Both the position numbers and the translations under genes were made by a program. From IMG/VR virus record IMGVR_UViG_3300050508_000500: 64,000 bases of DNA. One strand, 5' to 3'. Positions 47,579 to 56,896 of this stretch are shown here, piece after piece (within the stretch, counting starts at the first letter, position 1; each line of letters opens with the position of its first letter). This DNA comes from an uncultured virus (IMG/VR IMGVR_UViG_3300050508_000500) (taxonomy: Duplodnaviria > Heunggongvirae > Uroviricota > Caudoviricetes). Under the pieces are notes generated by a model. It was not told where the DNA came from. It saw nothing but the letters and a program-made list of their open reading frames with translations, and made no database searches.

Positions 47579-48790
47579 CTAAAATGGGACCGAATCATCG
47601 GCTTCATCCTCTAAGATCATCTCTTTGGTTGCACGGACCGTCGCACTGTATTTTCCATAGCTTGAATGATGAATGAGATCATCTTTGACCATAGTGACGA
47701 GCAGTTTGCGAGTGTAGCCATATTTTGCGTCAGGCCATTCACAGGCTTTGCGTATCTCTTCGATCCCCATCTCTCGATGTTCTTCCGCCAGAATTTTGAT
47801 GATTTTGCGTTGATCACGGGTCATCTGATATTCATCCCCCTCACCAATGTATTCCCAATGCCCCTCTAAGAAGCGCAAGGCAATGGTCGTATCGTCGGCG
47901 TCCTTGTCCCGAATATGCAGGAACGCATAATCATCTTTGGGTTTGCGCTCCAAGACCCACAAGACATCTTGCGCGCCCTGATAGGCCACCGAGCCGAGCA
48001 GGCTATCAAAGATGTCATCGGCATCCTGTTTGCGTAAGTGGGTCAGCATGGCTAAGCAGAAGGGATGTTGCTTGCGCAAGTCCTGGAGAGGGGTAAACAT
48101 CTCGTAAATATCATGGTAATTCTTCTCGGTTCTGCCGTTCTTGGGGGACTCCAGTTTCCCGAGCACGTCAATAACGACCAGGCCGTAGTGCTCCTGCGCA
48201 ATCGCCTCGGCTAAGAGTTCTAGGCCACCATCGGCGAGGGCGGGAAAGTTGTACATGAGATGAAAGGCGTTGGCGGTCGTCAGGTTTGGCTGGATCGTCC
48301 GCGCCCGTCCCTGGAGCCTGGCACGTCCGTCTTCAAGGGCGAGGTACAAAATGGGGCGGGGCTCTGGGCAGGGGAAATGCCGAAAACCCGCCCGCCCCAC
48401 GGCCAGGCTCAGGGCAAGGTCGAACATGAGCCAGGACTTCCCGCGCTTGCTCTTGCCACCAAACAGCAACATGCCTTCGTGCATCAGCCCTTCAAACAGT
48501 TGGAGCGGTGCCGGGATGTCAGCCGCAAGGAGTTCGGTCAGCGTTTCATGGGCGAGGCGTGTGGGAGAGTGCCCATTGTTGCGCCGTTGCGCATCGGCAA
48601 TCGCCTCAAGAATGTCTTGCCGGCTGTAGCTCGCTAGCCTGGCGGCGCGGAAGATGCGCGCATTGAGACTCTTCTCCTCAAGCATCCGTCCCAACTCCAT
48701 CAGGTTGTGCGGATCAACCCAGGTCTCAGGACTCGTGCCTTTCTTCTCTAACAGTTCGAGCAACTCAGCTTGGTGTAACGTTATGGCCAT
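47579..48790 (-). CDS. RecA-family AAA helicase (RepA/AAA_25-like) with C-terminal winged helix
   Basis: Walker A GKSKRGKS; YLALED; Walker B LVVID; THLRK; ends VPF. Confidence 0.88.
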   Translation of the reverse strand: MAITLHQAELLELLEKKGTSPETWVDPHNLMELGRMLEEKSLNARIFRAARLASYSRQDILEAIADAQRRNNGHSPTRLAHETLTELLAADIPAPLQLFEGLMHEGMLLFGGKSKRGKSWLMFDLALSLAVGRAGFRHFPCPEPRPILYLALEDGRARLQGRARTIQPNLTTANAFHLMYNFPALADGGLELLAEAIAQEHYGLVVIDVLGKLESPKNGRTEKNYHDIYEMFTPLQDLRKQHPFCLAMLTHLRKQDADDIFDSLLGSVAYQGAQDVLWVLERKPKDDYAFLHIRDKDADDTTIALRFLEGHWEYIGEGDEYQMTRDQRKIIKILAEEHREMGIEEIRKACEWPDAKYGYTRKLLVTMVKDDLIHHSSYGKYSATVRATKEMILEDEADDSVPF

Positions 48791-49343
48791 CGCCCCCCCT
48801 TTCCACGTCAGCAGCCAGGGTCTCCCAGAAATAGACGGGTGAAAGGTGGGCATCGTAGAGCGCTTTCGTGATCGCCTCCTTCGTCTTCGGACTCGCTTGG
48901 GCCAACTCCCATAGCTTTGTCCTGGCGGGTGCGCATACCTGTATCCACTGGGGGTCTGAGACGATCATCTCTTCCAGCAATATCTGGGCAATCTCGTCAG
49001 GCGTCGGCTCCTCCAGGCTCTTGAGCCGGTCGATGCGTGGGCTCCTGGCTCTGGGGGCGTAGCGGGTGGCCCTGGCGTAGTCAGGATGGATACAAAATAG
49101 GTTGCGGACCTCGATCCCCATGGCGGCACAGATATCTTCAATGGGGCACTGGTGCGCAAAGCAGTAGAGCAGCGTCATCGGGTGGCCGTCGCGATCTTTG
49201 CCTTCGGTGATACTTAAGGCGTCCGTGCGCGAGGACTGGCAGGCGGGGCAAGGGGCACAGTAGCGGCTGCCATGCTGCACCCCCAGCACGAGGGCACTAC
49301 ACTCGGCGGGGGTGTACCAACGGTGTTCTGAGAGTGGCGTCAT
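48765..49343 (-). CDS. Primase-type Zn-binding domain protein
   Basis: CPAC...ALSITEG...LYCFAHQC..EDICAAMG. Confidence 0.65.
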   Translation of the reverse strand: MTPLSEHRWYTPAECSALVLGVQHGSRYCAPCPACQSSRTDALSITEGKDRDGHPMTLLYCFAHQCPIEDICAAMGIEVRNLFCIHPDYARATRYAPRARSPRIDRLKSLEEPTPDEIAQILLEEMIVSDPQWIQVCAPARTKLWELAQASPKTKEAITKALYDAHLSPVYFWETLAADVERGGDGHNVTPS

Positions 49344-49403
49344 AGGTGTATCCTCTTGGCGGCATGCGTGGCTACCACCCCTAGCTTGCGAGAGGGTAAA
49401 TAA

Positions 49404-49607
49404 TTGGCTAATCTATATCCCACGGATACACCTCCTTCTGAGCGTGTGCATAAAAAGCGCGGGCCGGTGAAGCAGGCGGGTATGGTGGATACCCATATCC
49501 ACCTGCCAGCAGAGTTACTGGAGTGGGCGAAGCATCAACCCGAGCGGCTTTCTCCTATGATCCGGCGCTTGCTCACCGAGGAGCGCCGCAAAACACAAAC
49601 CTCCTAG
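49404..49607 (+). CDS. Ribbon-helix-helix protein
   Basis: THIHLPAELLEWAK...LSPMIRRLL. Confidence 0.5.
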   Translation: MANLYPTDTPPSERVHKKRGPVKQAGMVDTHIHLPAELLEWAKHQPERLSPMIRRLLTEERRKTQTS

Positions 49608-49679
49608 CATGGCAGACGATTTTGTGTCATACTTATAGCAATATTAAGGCACAATGAAGTCGATTAGCAAGGAGAAAAT

Positions 49680-49883
49680 ATGCTCAAGAGAGTCACCACG
49701 ACGGTGCGGCTCTCGGCGAGTGCCAAGGAACTCCTGGAACTCTTAAGCGAGCTGCACTGTTTGAGTCATTCGGCCATCATGGAAATTGCCTTGCGGGAGA
49801 AAGCGAAGCGGGACAAGGTCATGCCCGAGCGTGTCTTGTTCCACCAACTCGTCGCGCCCGGCGACCGCGACGGGGCGCTCTAG
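49680..49883 (+). CDS. CopG-like ribbon-helix-helix protein
   Basis: TTVRLS...LLELLS...SAIMEIALRE; AAGGAG RBS. Confidence 0.65.
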   Translation: MLKRVTTTVRLSASAKELLELLSELHCLSHSAIMEIALREKAKRDKVMPERVLFHQLVAPGDRDGAL

Positions 49884-50149
49884 CCCCGTTTCTTCTTAGC
49901 GCGACAGCGGCAGCAGCGGCTCCGCCTGCACCTGTTTGTGCAACCAGTGCGGCTCCGGCGCTTCCGTACACATGACATGATCGGCGACCAGGCGCCGGAT
50001 GGGATCACGCCACGTCTGGAAGGCGTAGCTCTCGCCCGACGGCATCATCAGCGTGAGCGTGGTAGTGCTGGCGGGCAGCCAGAGGTGGCGGCGATGCGCG
50101 GCGGGCAGCGCCTGGTGCTGGGTCGGGCTCATCACGTATCCTTTCTCCG

Positions 50150-50410
50150 ATGGAGGTCCCAATGCCTGAGTACCCGCGCCTGGAGGCCCATAGCCTCGTC
50201 CATCTCCTGCCCTCGGGGAACTGGCCCACTGCGTTGGCCGACGCCCTCGACGGCGCCCTGGACGGGGACACCATCGTGGTCCACGACTTGGCCATGCAAG
50301 CCCTCGCCGAAGCCACGGCGGTACGGCTCTATCCCCACAAACGCTTGCTATTCTGTCTGGGCGTCCCGACCGATGCCTGGCCCTGGCAGCAGGAGGTCCC
50401 TGACCGTTAG
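50150..50410 (+). CDS. Hypothetical protein
   Basis: GGAGG RBS before MPEYPRLE. Confidence 0.4.
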   Translation: MEVPMPEYPRLEAHSLVHLLPSGNWPTALADALDGALDGDTIVVHDLAMQALAEATAVRLYPHKRLLFCLGVPTDAWPWQQEVPDR

Positions 50411-50655
50411 TGCCGCTTCTTCTGCTTCCTGTGGCAGTCCACACAGAGGGTCACCAGCGCCTGGGGCGGGACCTCCCAGGGCAACACCCCCGCCACGTAC
50501 CACTTGTGGTGCACCTGCAACTCCCGCGTCGTGGCCCCGCACGCTTGGCAGGTCCAGTGATCGCGGGCGAAGATGCGCAGGCGCGTCTGCTGCCAGCGCG
50601 GATCGCGCAGCAACTGCCGATAGGCACGGCGCCGGGCGGTGGAGGTGCGGCGCAT
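50407..50655 (-). CDS. Small HNH endonuclease
   Basis: RWQQTR...RDHWTCQACG...LQVHH...LVTLCVDCH. Confidence 0.8.
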   Translation of the reverse strand: MRRTSTARRRAYRQLLRDPRWQQTRLRIFARDHWTCQACGATTRELQVHHKWYVAGVLPWEVPPQALVTLCVDCHRKQKKRH

Positions 50656-50668
50656 GGAGGACTCCTTG

Positions 50669-52733
50669 CTAGGGCGTCAGGCCCTCGGGGAGGTTGCCCA
50701 GGTTGCCCGGCGTGGTGCCGTAGCCACGTGGCGTATCAAGTTGCGAGCGTCCACCGGTGTGCCAGTGTGGAAACCGTTTCTCCAGTTCTATGCGCGTCGC
50801 CGTCTCCGTCTGTCCACGGAAGGACGCGGCATAGGGCGGGCTACTCACCACGGCGTCCAGGCTGCCGGGGGGCATGCCTTCGAGTTGTCCCGGCGTGCTG
50901 CCATACTTCACGAATGCGCCCTGCTCGCTCGGGGTTGTGCCCCGAGCGCCGCCCCGACTGCCGTTATGGTCCTGGGACATGGGGAGGTTATACGGGGGGC
51001 TACTCACACACGCGTCGAGGCTGCCGGCGGGCATCGCCCCCAGTTGGCCCTCAGTGTGACCATAGTCGGCTGCCGCCGACTGGCCCCGTGTTTGGCCGTC
51101 ATTGCTGGCGCGTGCCCAGTCAATACCATCGTTGCCGTGGACGGTGTGGGCCGCATACGGTGGGGAACTTACGCACACCTCAACATTCCCTGCTGTCGTC
51201 CCCTCGCGCTTCTGCATACACAGGACCACCTCATAATCAATCGCCAGGTCGGGGCGCTTCTTCTCATGCAGGCGGCGGAAGAAGCTCTTGCGCTCGGTGC
51301 GGTGTGTGGTGTCGGCGCCAAACAGCGAACCCTGCGTGCCGTGGTCCTCGACCAGGAGCGCGTGGTGCTCGTGTAGCGTGACCAGGCCCAGGGATTCGCA
51401 TAAAGTTCTCCATTGTCCTGGAAAATCAACAATTTGCCCTTCGCGCACGTATGATTTGACCACCCATACGGCAATGCCATTTGGTTTTAATAGGGCCACT
51501 ACTTGCTCGAGTATCTGCTTACTGGCTTCCCAAAACGTGGTGCCGTGCTCGTTGCCAAGCTGAGCCGGGTCGGTGCCATATTCAAAGGCATAGCGGAGTT
51601 GCCCGCCGGGATTCCCCATGGAGGCAAGCGTATGCCCTGCGGCGACAGCCCTGGCAATGTCCTTCTCTGGTGCATGGCCTACCGTGACACTGGCCTCATA
51701 CGGGGGCGACGAGATCGCCGCCTCCACCGACCCCGCTGGCAGGTTCCCCAGCTGCGCCGGGGCGCTGCCGTAGTGAGTAAACGCCATGCTTTGCCCTTCT
51801 CTGAAGGCCGTCCCATCGCCGCGTACTGCGGGGGGGGTATTTGTCCCGCCTGTGCGGTGACAACCGTCTGCGTACGGCGGGCTACTCAGGCACGCATCGA
51901 GCGACCCCGCTGGCAGGTTCCCCAGTTGCGCCGGGTCACTGCCATAGTACGGGTCGGCAATGCCCTTGTCGCGGTAGATGCCGCTGTGGCTGTCCCGCTC
52001 GCGCTTGGCGTGGTCGGAGTAGGTATGCTCTTTGCCCAGGCCGTGGACATGGGGCGGGGAGGCGATCGCCGCATCGAGCGAGCCGGGGGGGAGCGCGCCG
52101 AGCTGACCGGGGGCCGTGCCCTGATGCTGATAGCCTACAGGTGACGTAGAGCCAGGGGACTTGCGTTGGCTAGGAGTGCCGGTTATCGCAATGCCCCCGC
52201 CTGATTGTTCTGCACCGAATGGTGGCGAGGCCACGCATGCCGTGATCTGGTCCCGCAGTACGGTCCCCAGTGCCCGCGAATCGCCTTGGAGCAGCGTCGG
52301 CGCCACCCACTGCGGGAGGTGCCCGTAGCGCCGTTGCCACAACTCCAGGTTTCCCGTGACGTGGTGCGGCTCGTGGGATTCTTGCTGGCTACAGGCCTCG
52401 TGCTTGGCGTCCGAGCCGCCACAGTCAAAGCCGTGGGCCAGGGCGCAAAAACGCGCCTCCAACTCTACACCGATAAAACGATAGCCGGCGAGGGCGGCAT
52501 CCAACCCCCCGAGTCCGGTACCCGCGAAGCAATCTAGTACTGTTGATCCTGGTGCCAGCCATCCCTCGGCGGCGCAGTGCTGATAGATACGCTGGATCAA
52601 GCTGCGGGAAAATTTGGCGGGGTCCTCAGTGGGCGAAGGCTTCAGGACAGATCAAGCCTTGCCAGCCTGTGTCATAACAGGCCGACCAGGTGTCCTGAAG
52701 CACTTCGCCCAGATCCTTTCGTGGCTGATGCAT
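50669..52733 (-). CDS. N4C/N6A DNA methyltransferase with seven SPP(Y/F/H) repeats, interrupted near the 5' end by 7 extra nt
   Basis: VLDCFAGTG SAM motif; GVELE; repeated SPPY; ATG 52733 with AAGGAG; TGAGGAC splits AFAH|PAKF. Confidence 0.8.
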
Positions 52734-52802
52734 GTTGCTCCTTCAGATAGCGCCAGCGGCGCGCCTAGGTTGGGGTACGGCGTCGGACTGAGCGGGACGC
52801 TG

Positions 52803-53510
52803 CTAACTCGTAGGCATGATATGCAACGTGGCCTGCGAGAAGCGGCGTTTGAGCCAGCCGGGCAACGCTTCGGTGTAGACGTTCGTGTGAAAGCTATACT
52901 CGTCCTCCCAGCGTTTCCCGCCCACCGCCGCCTTACGGAACGGGATGCCGTGGTCGAGACAGTACGCGCGCAGATGATCGCTACAGGCTTTGTAGGCCGA
53001 TTCCGGGATCTGCTTCTGTAGATGGTTGATATAGACATACTCCGCAATAGTGAAAAAGAGTTGCGTTTCTAAGGCGCGGCGGGCGTTCGCGTTCGCTTCC
53101 TCGGCACGGTGCTCCGCTTCCAGCGCCCGTTGCTCGACGGCATCGAGACGGACCACGGTATCAATGAGCAACTGGTGGGCCGGGTTTTTCACCTGGGGGG
53201 GGGCATATGTGCCGGTCTTACGGATTTGGGGTAGGACCTCTTCAAAAACCCACGATTGAAACCGTTTGGCTTCAGGCTTATCACTCCTGAAAATCAAACG
53301 GTAGAGTCCTGATTCATTAATAATCAACAGTTTATCGACCAGAGCGATACCCTTCTCGCCTGTCTCTAGCCTCCCGACGGCATCTGAAACATTGCGCAAG
53401 TCTAAAACTTCACAGACATCTTTTGCTACCCACCATGGTTTACCGTTCTCATCAAGTTGTATGCGGACTTCACGCGTGCCAAAGTGAAATGGAATCAGAT
53501 TAGACATCAC
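52803..53510 (-). CDS. Bro-N antirepressor-like protein
   Basis: PWWVAKDVCEVL, IINESGLYRLIFRSDKPEAKRF, VLPQIRKTG. Confidence 0.92.
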   Translation of the reverse strand: MMSNLIPFHFGTREVRIQLDENGKPWWVAKDVCEVLDLRNVSDAVGRLETGEKGIALVDKLLIINESGLYRLIFRSDKPEAKRFQSWVFEEVLPQIRKTGTYAPPQVKNPAHQLLIDTVVRLDAVEQRALEAEHRAEEANANARRALETQLFFTIAEYVYINHLQKQIPESAYKACSDHLRAYCLDHGIPFRKAAVGGKRWEDEYSFHTNVYTEALPGWLKRRFSQATLHIMPTS

Positions 53511-53781
53511 GTTTCTCCTCAGAACAACGCGACTTGCGCGTCCGTTTCAGGGTGAGATGGTGTTCGCGTGCCGGGCGGCCTCCTTGGGGGTTTTTCACTT
53601 CTTGGTGATAAACTACATAATCCCTATTTTCAAGGAGATGGGCACGCCGAAGCTGCATCTTGATCCAATCGGCGTACGGTTTAGTCAGTTCCAGGTAGCT
53701 ATAGAGATCACGCGCATTCACGGTATTCACGGTATCACTGCCTAATTGCCGAACAGCGAATGGCATGAGTTCAGACATCAC
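53500..53781 (-). pseudogene. AntA/AntB antirepressor N-terminal fragment, probably truncated
   Basis: VNARDLYSYL...WIK...ENRDY...GGRP then runs into a 42-bp repeat. Confidence 0.65.
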
Positions 53782-54217
53782 GTTTCTCCTCAGAACAGCG
53801 CCGGTTGCGCGTCCAGTTCAGGTGGTGGTGGCGGCGCCAGCGGTTTCCAGTCGTTGCCGTCTTTAGAGGGAGCGCAGGCGCGGCGGTGGTGCAGCATTGA
53901 GCGCCTGCCGCCATGCCTCCATGGTCCCCTGATACGCCGTCGGCACGTCCTGACCGCGTCGGCGGTAGATGTGGTAAATATCGCGCAGCACTTGCGTCGT
54001 GTACGGGTCGCCGCGATCGAGCAAGTGGAGCACATCGCCATCGGTCAGGGCGCGCGTCTGGACGGGGGGCGCGGAGAGAGGTACGGTCGTGTCGCGCACA
54101 ACGGTGGCGAGGAGATACGCTGCCACGAGCAGCACGAGCAGACCGCCGTTGATAGGACCGAGGACGGGCGGACGTCGCATGGGAGGGCCTCCTTTCAAAA
54201 GAGCGCCGGTTGCGCGT
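53502..54217. repeat. 42-bp direct repeat (53502-53543, 53773-53814) plus partial third copy (54195-54217)
   Basis: 38/42 identical; first 25 nt AGACATCACGTTTCTCCTCAGAACA exact. Confidence 0.9.
53863..54180 (-). CDS. Membrane-anchored hypothetical protein
   Basis: AAGGAGG RBS; MRRPPVLGPINGGLLVLLVAAYLLA. Confidence 0.5.
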   Translation of the reverse strand: MRRPPVLGPINGGLLVLLVAAYLLATVVRDTTVPLSAPPVQTRALTDGDVLHLLDRGDPYTTQVLRDIYHIYRRRGQDVPTAYQGTMEAWRQALNAAPPPRLRSL

Positions 54218-54407
54218 TTGTCTCGGGTTGCGGTGGCAGTGGCAGCGCCGCCAGAAAGGCCGCACAGCCTACTACGGCCAGCGCATGGGGATGGCCGTAG
54301 CGGTGGGCGGTCAGGGCAAAGCCACAGGTACAGCACGTCTCGTGCAGCTTGCGCGTCATCGTGCCCGGAGGCGTGGAACATAACCAACACGTTTCATCCT
54401 GCATCAT
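54195..54407 (-). CDS. Small Cys/His-rich protein
   Basis: CWLC, CCTC; ends AQPALF; GAGGAG RBS. Confidence 0.45.
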   Translation of the reverse strand: MMQDETCWLCSTPPGTMTRKLHETCCTCGFALTAHRYGHPHALAVVGCAAFLAALPLPPQPETNAQPALF

Positions 54408-54898
54408 ACAAGCTCCTCGCGTGTGCGGGTTTTCCAGACAATACTTTTGCGCATACGCAGACAGATACGGCAGTTGCGCTCGCCACTAGGTCTGACATAG
54501 GCATTGTCACCAAGCAGAGAATGGCCGCGTTTACAGAGATTGGCTCGATGCATCAGGATAGTAGGCGAGATGCCACGAAGACTATTGATGCGGTGCGTTA
54601 CTGGCTCAAGATGCCATGGATTACAACAAGAGGGAGTGCGGCAGAGATGATCTAATTCAAGCCCATCTGGTACACGACCAATCAAGAGTTCATACGTATA
54701 AATATGGGCATAGATTTTGCCATCGCTGCGTCCGCCTAGACGAAATGTTCCATAGCCGTGGTCTGTTAGGCCAGCTTCCCAGAGCCAACACCCACTTGCA
54801 TCGTGACGGACCTTTTCAAAGAATCGTTCATTGATATTCCGTGCTATGGTCAATGCCTGCCCTCCATCCAGTCGCCCAGGCTGGCCATCACCTGCCAA
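54404..54898 (-). CDS. HNH endonuclease
   Basis: RFFEKV...GCWLW...GYG...LDHLCRTPSCCNPWHLEPVTHRIN...CKRGH. Confidence 0.9.
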   Translation of the reverse strand: MAGDGQPGRLDGGQALTIARNINERFFEKVRHDASGCWLWEAGLTDHGYGTFRLGGRSDGKIYAHIYTYELLIGRVPDGLELDHLCRTPSCCNPWHLEPVTHRINSLRGISPTILMHRANLCKRGHSLLGDNAYVRPSGERNCRICLRMRKSIVWKTRTREELV

Positions 54899-54931
54899 CA
54901 GTCGTCGGTGGTCATGGAGATCTCCTCGGGG

Positions 54932-55354
54932 CTATACGGTGTCTGTTTCATGCTGGGTCTCCTTGCGGGTTAAGCGTGCGCTTATCTGGGCAAAGTCTCG
55001 TGGTCTCCAGATTCCTGCCTCGACCTTGCCTGTGTGCTCGAGCAGGGACAGCCAGCGCTGTTGCTCGGGCGTCAGTTTCCCGCTGTTCGTCTTGAGCTCA
55101 TACATCAGTACAGCCGTGCCATCCGTGCACACCAGATCCGGAAAACCGTATTCGCTGCGCCTGGAGTCGTGCGTATGAAAAGTGAGCCAGCCATTATCGG
55201 TCGCCAGCCGTCTCACTCGTGCCAGCAGGCTGCCTTCTGGGGTGTCATCGGGGAGGTCAGGCGGGCGCACCGTCAGCGCCGGGTCAAGCGTCAACCCGTG
55301 GCGTTGCGCGTGGGCAATCGCGTCAGCTTCGGTCCATCGATGCTGCGGTCGCAT
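54932..55354 (-). CDS. VRR-NUC (PD-(D/E)xK) nuclease
   Basis: HDSRRS..GFPDL...ELKTNSGKLTPEQQRW. Confidence 0.88.
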   Translation of the reverse strand: MRPQHRWTEADAIAHAQRHGLTLDPALTVRPPDLPDDTPEGSLLARVRRLATDNGWLTFHTHDSRRSEYGFPDLVCTDGTAVLMYELKTNSGKLTPEQQRWLSLLEHTGKVEAGIWRPRDFAQISARLTRKETQHETDTV

Positions 55355-55472
55355 ACGTTTCCTTCTCACCGCATGGGGCATGCTCAGGGCGGGCGAGGCA
55401 CGGGGGCATCCTAGTCCGTGGGGATCCGAGAGACAAGCCCAAATGCGGGCGTCAATCCCAGTCGGGGTCACG

Positions 55473-55889
55473 TTAGTAGCGCAGCCGTGCGGCGTCGGCC
55501 TCGGTGGCTGGCAGGGCAGCTGCGACCTTGAGGCACTCGCGTTCAATCGCGTGTTGCAGCAGGGTGGGGGGGAGGTCCGGGAAGTCGTAGACGAGGCGGA
55601 TGAGTGCCTCATAGGTGGCCAGAATGACCGGCGGAATGCCGCTGGTCGCCTGTTCGCGGCGTACGAGGGCCAGGGCCGTAAAGCGGCTGATCCCGCGATC
55701 ACGGTTCTGCGCGAGGGTGCGCGTGGCGTGGCCACGCGCCTGGCAGAGTTGCTCCATCGGCGTCAGATACGTCGTGAGCAGCGCCGTGGTGGCGGCAGCA
55801 GGCGGGCGTTTCGGCCCGGCCAGGGTGGTCGTCCCGGCGAGGAGCAGCGTGCTCAGAGCCAGAGCCAGGGTCGTGGTGGTGCGGGACAT
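55473..55889 (-). CDS. Secreted helical protein (paralogue A)
   Basis: Signal peptide; C...RDRG...VY..P...EC pattern. Confidence 0.6.
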   Translation of the reverse strand: MSRTTTTLALALSTLLLAGTTTLAGPKRPPAAATTALLTTYLTPMEQLCQARGHATRTLAQNRDRGISRFTALALVRREQATSGIPPVILATYEALIRLVYDFPDLPPTLLQHAIERECLKVAAALPATEADAARLRY

Positions 55890-55910
55890 GGGATCTCCTT
55901 CGTGGTGGTG

Positions 55911-56117
55911 TTAGGACCGCCTTGCGCGGGCGCGCACAGCGGCAATCAGGTGCGTATACGCCTCTTCTAAGTCCGCCGTGGGCGGCGGGGGCAGGCGCGT
56001 CAGGAGGCCGTCCGGGGCGACGTGGACCACCCGGTAGAGGCCGTCGACTTGGAGCAGGCACAGGCGGCTGCCATCGGGCGCGGCCGTGGTCGTGAGGACG
56101 TGCAGACGCAGGGTCAT
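55911..56117 (-). CDS. Hypothetical protein
   Basis: ORF in the early operon with purine-rich RBS. Confidence 0.4.
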   Translation of the reverse strand: MTLRLHVLTTTAAPDGSRLCLLQVDGLYRVVHVAPDGLLTRLPPPPTADLEEAYTHLIAAVRARARRS

Positions 56118-56136
56118 AGCCATTCTCTTCTTTCTC

Positions 56137-56532
56137 CTAGTGCGTTGCGCCTGCCTGGGTTTCCCAACAAGCGCGCTCGGCTACCTGTTGCACCTGGCGC
56201 GGGGTGATGGACGGATAGCGGTAGACCTGGTAGACAATCTCTTGGAGGATCGCCTGTAAATTGCTATCCATGCCCTGCATCCTTGTCTCCTGCCGAATGA
56301 GGTGGAGACTGCCACTGAGCGTGGTCCCCGCATCGCGGGACGCGGCGACCGTGGCCGCATATTCCCCGAGGAGGGGACACATCCGTGTCAGGTTCACAGG
56401 CAGCGCGTCCGTTGCGGTCGATGGTCGTTTTTTGGGCGCGCCGCCCGCCTCAGCCAGGGCAACCCACGCGATGAGGAGCAGGGCTGCGAGCGTCCAGGCG
56501 AGTGTCCAGAGGGCAATACTTTTGCGGGTCAT
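56137..56532 (-). CDS. Secreted helical protein (paralogue B)
   Basis: Signal ...ALAEA; C...RDAG...VY..P...AC pattern. Confidence 0.6.
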   Translation of the reverse strand: MTRKSIALWTLAWTLAALLLIAWVALAEAGGAPKKRPSTATDALPVNLTRMCPLLGEYAATVAASRDAGTTLSGSLHLIRQETRMQGMDSNLQAILQEIVYQVYRYPSITPRQVQQVAERACWETQAGATH

Positions 56533-56640
56533 TGGGTCATCCTTTCGTGGTATACTGCTTGGGTGAATGTTGCATGTCTTTCCATGTGAGAGGGCGGGGT
56601 GACTGCGACCACCTCGCCCTCTGCCTCTGCGTGCCTCTGC

Positions 56641-56880
56641 CTAGTCTTCTTCGGGGTTCGGTTCGCCCTCGGCACAGTCCGCACATATGAGCGCGGTACA
56701 CCAGCGGGCCTGCCGCGTCCAGGGGCGGTCTGTGCACACATAGCACAGCAGGTCAGCGTCATAGAGGCTCTGGTAATACGTCTCGGGGCGTACCAGGGCG
56801 CGGGTCGTGAGGGACGGGCGCACGTCAGCGCTGATTGTCCAGGTATCGAGGTCCTGCCAGAAAGCGGGAATCGTGGTCAT
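56641..56880 (-). CDS. Small Zn-finger protein
   Basis: CYVC...CADC; AAGGAG RBS. Confidence 0.5.
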   Translation of the reverse strand: MTTIPAFWQDLDTWTISADVRPSLTTRALVRPETYYQSLYDADLLCYVCTDRPWTRQARWCTALICADCAEGEPNPEED

Positions 56881-56896
56881 GGGGTCGTCTCCTTTG

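Noticed and set aside
20020..52260. Diversity-generating retroelement behind the paralogues or methyltransferase repeats
   Set aside because: No reverse transcriptase and no adenine-specific template/variable repeat pair seen.
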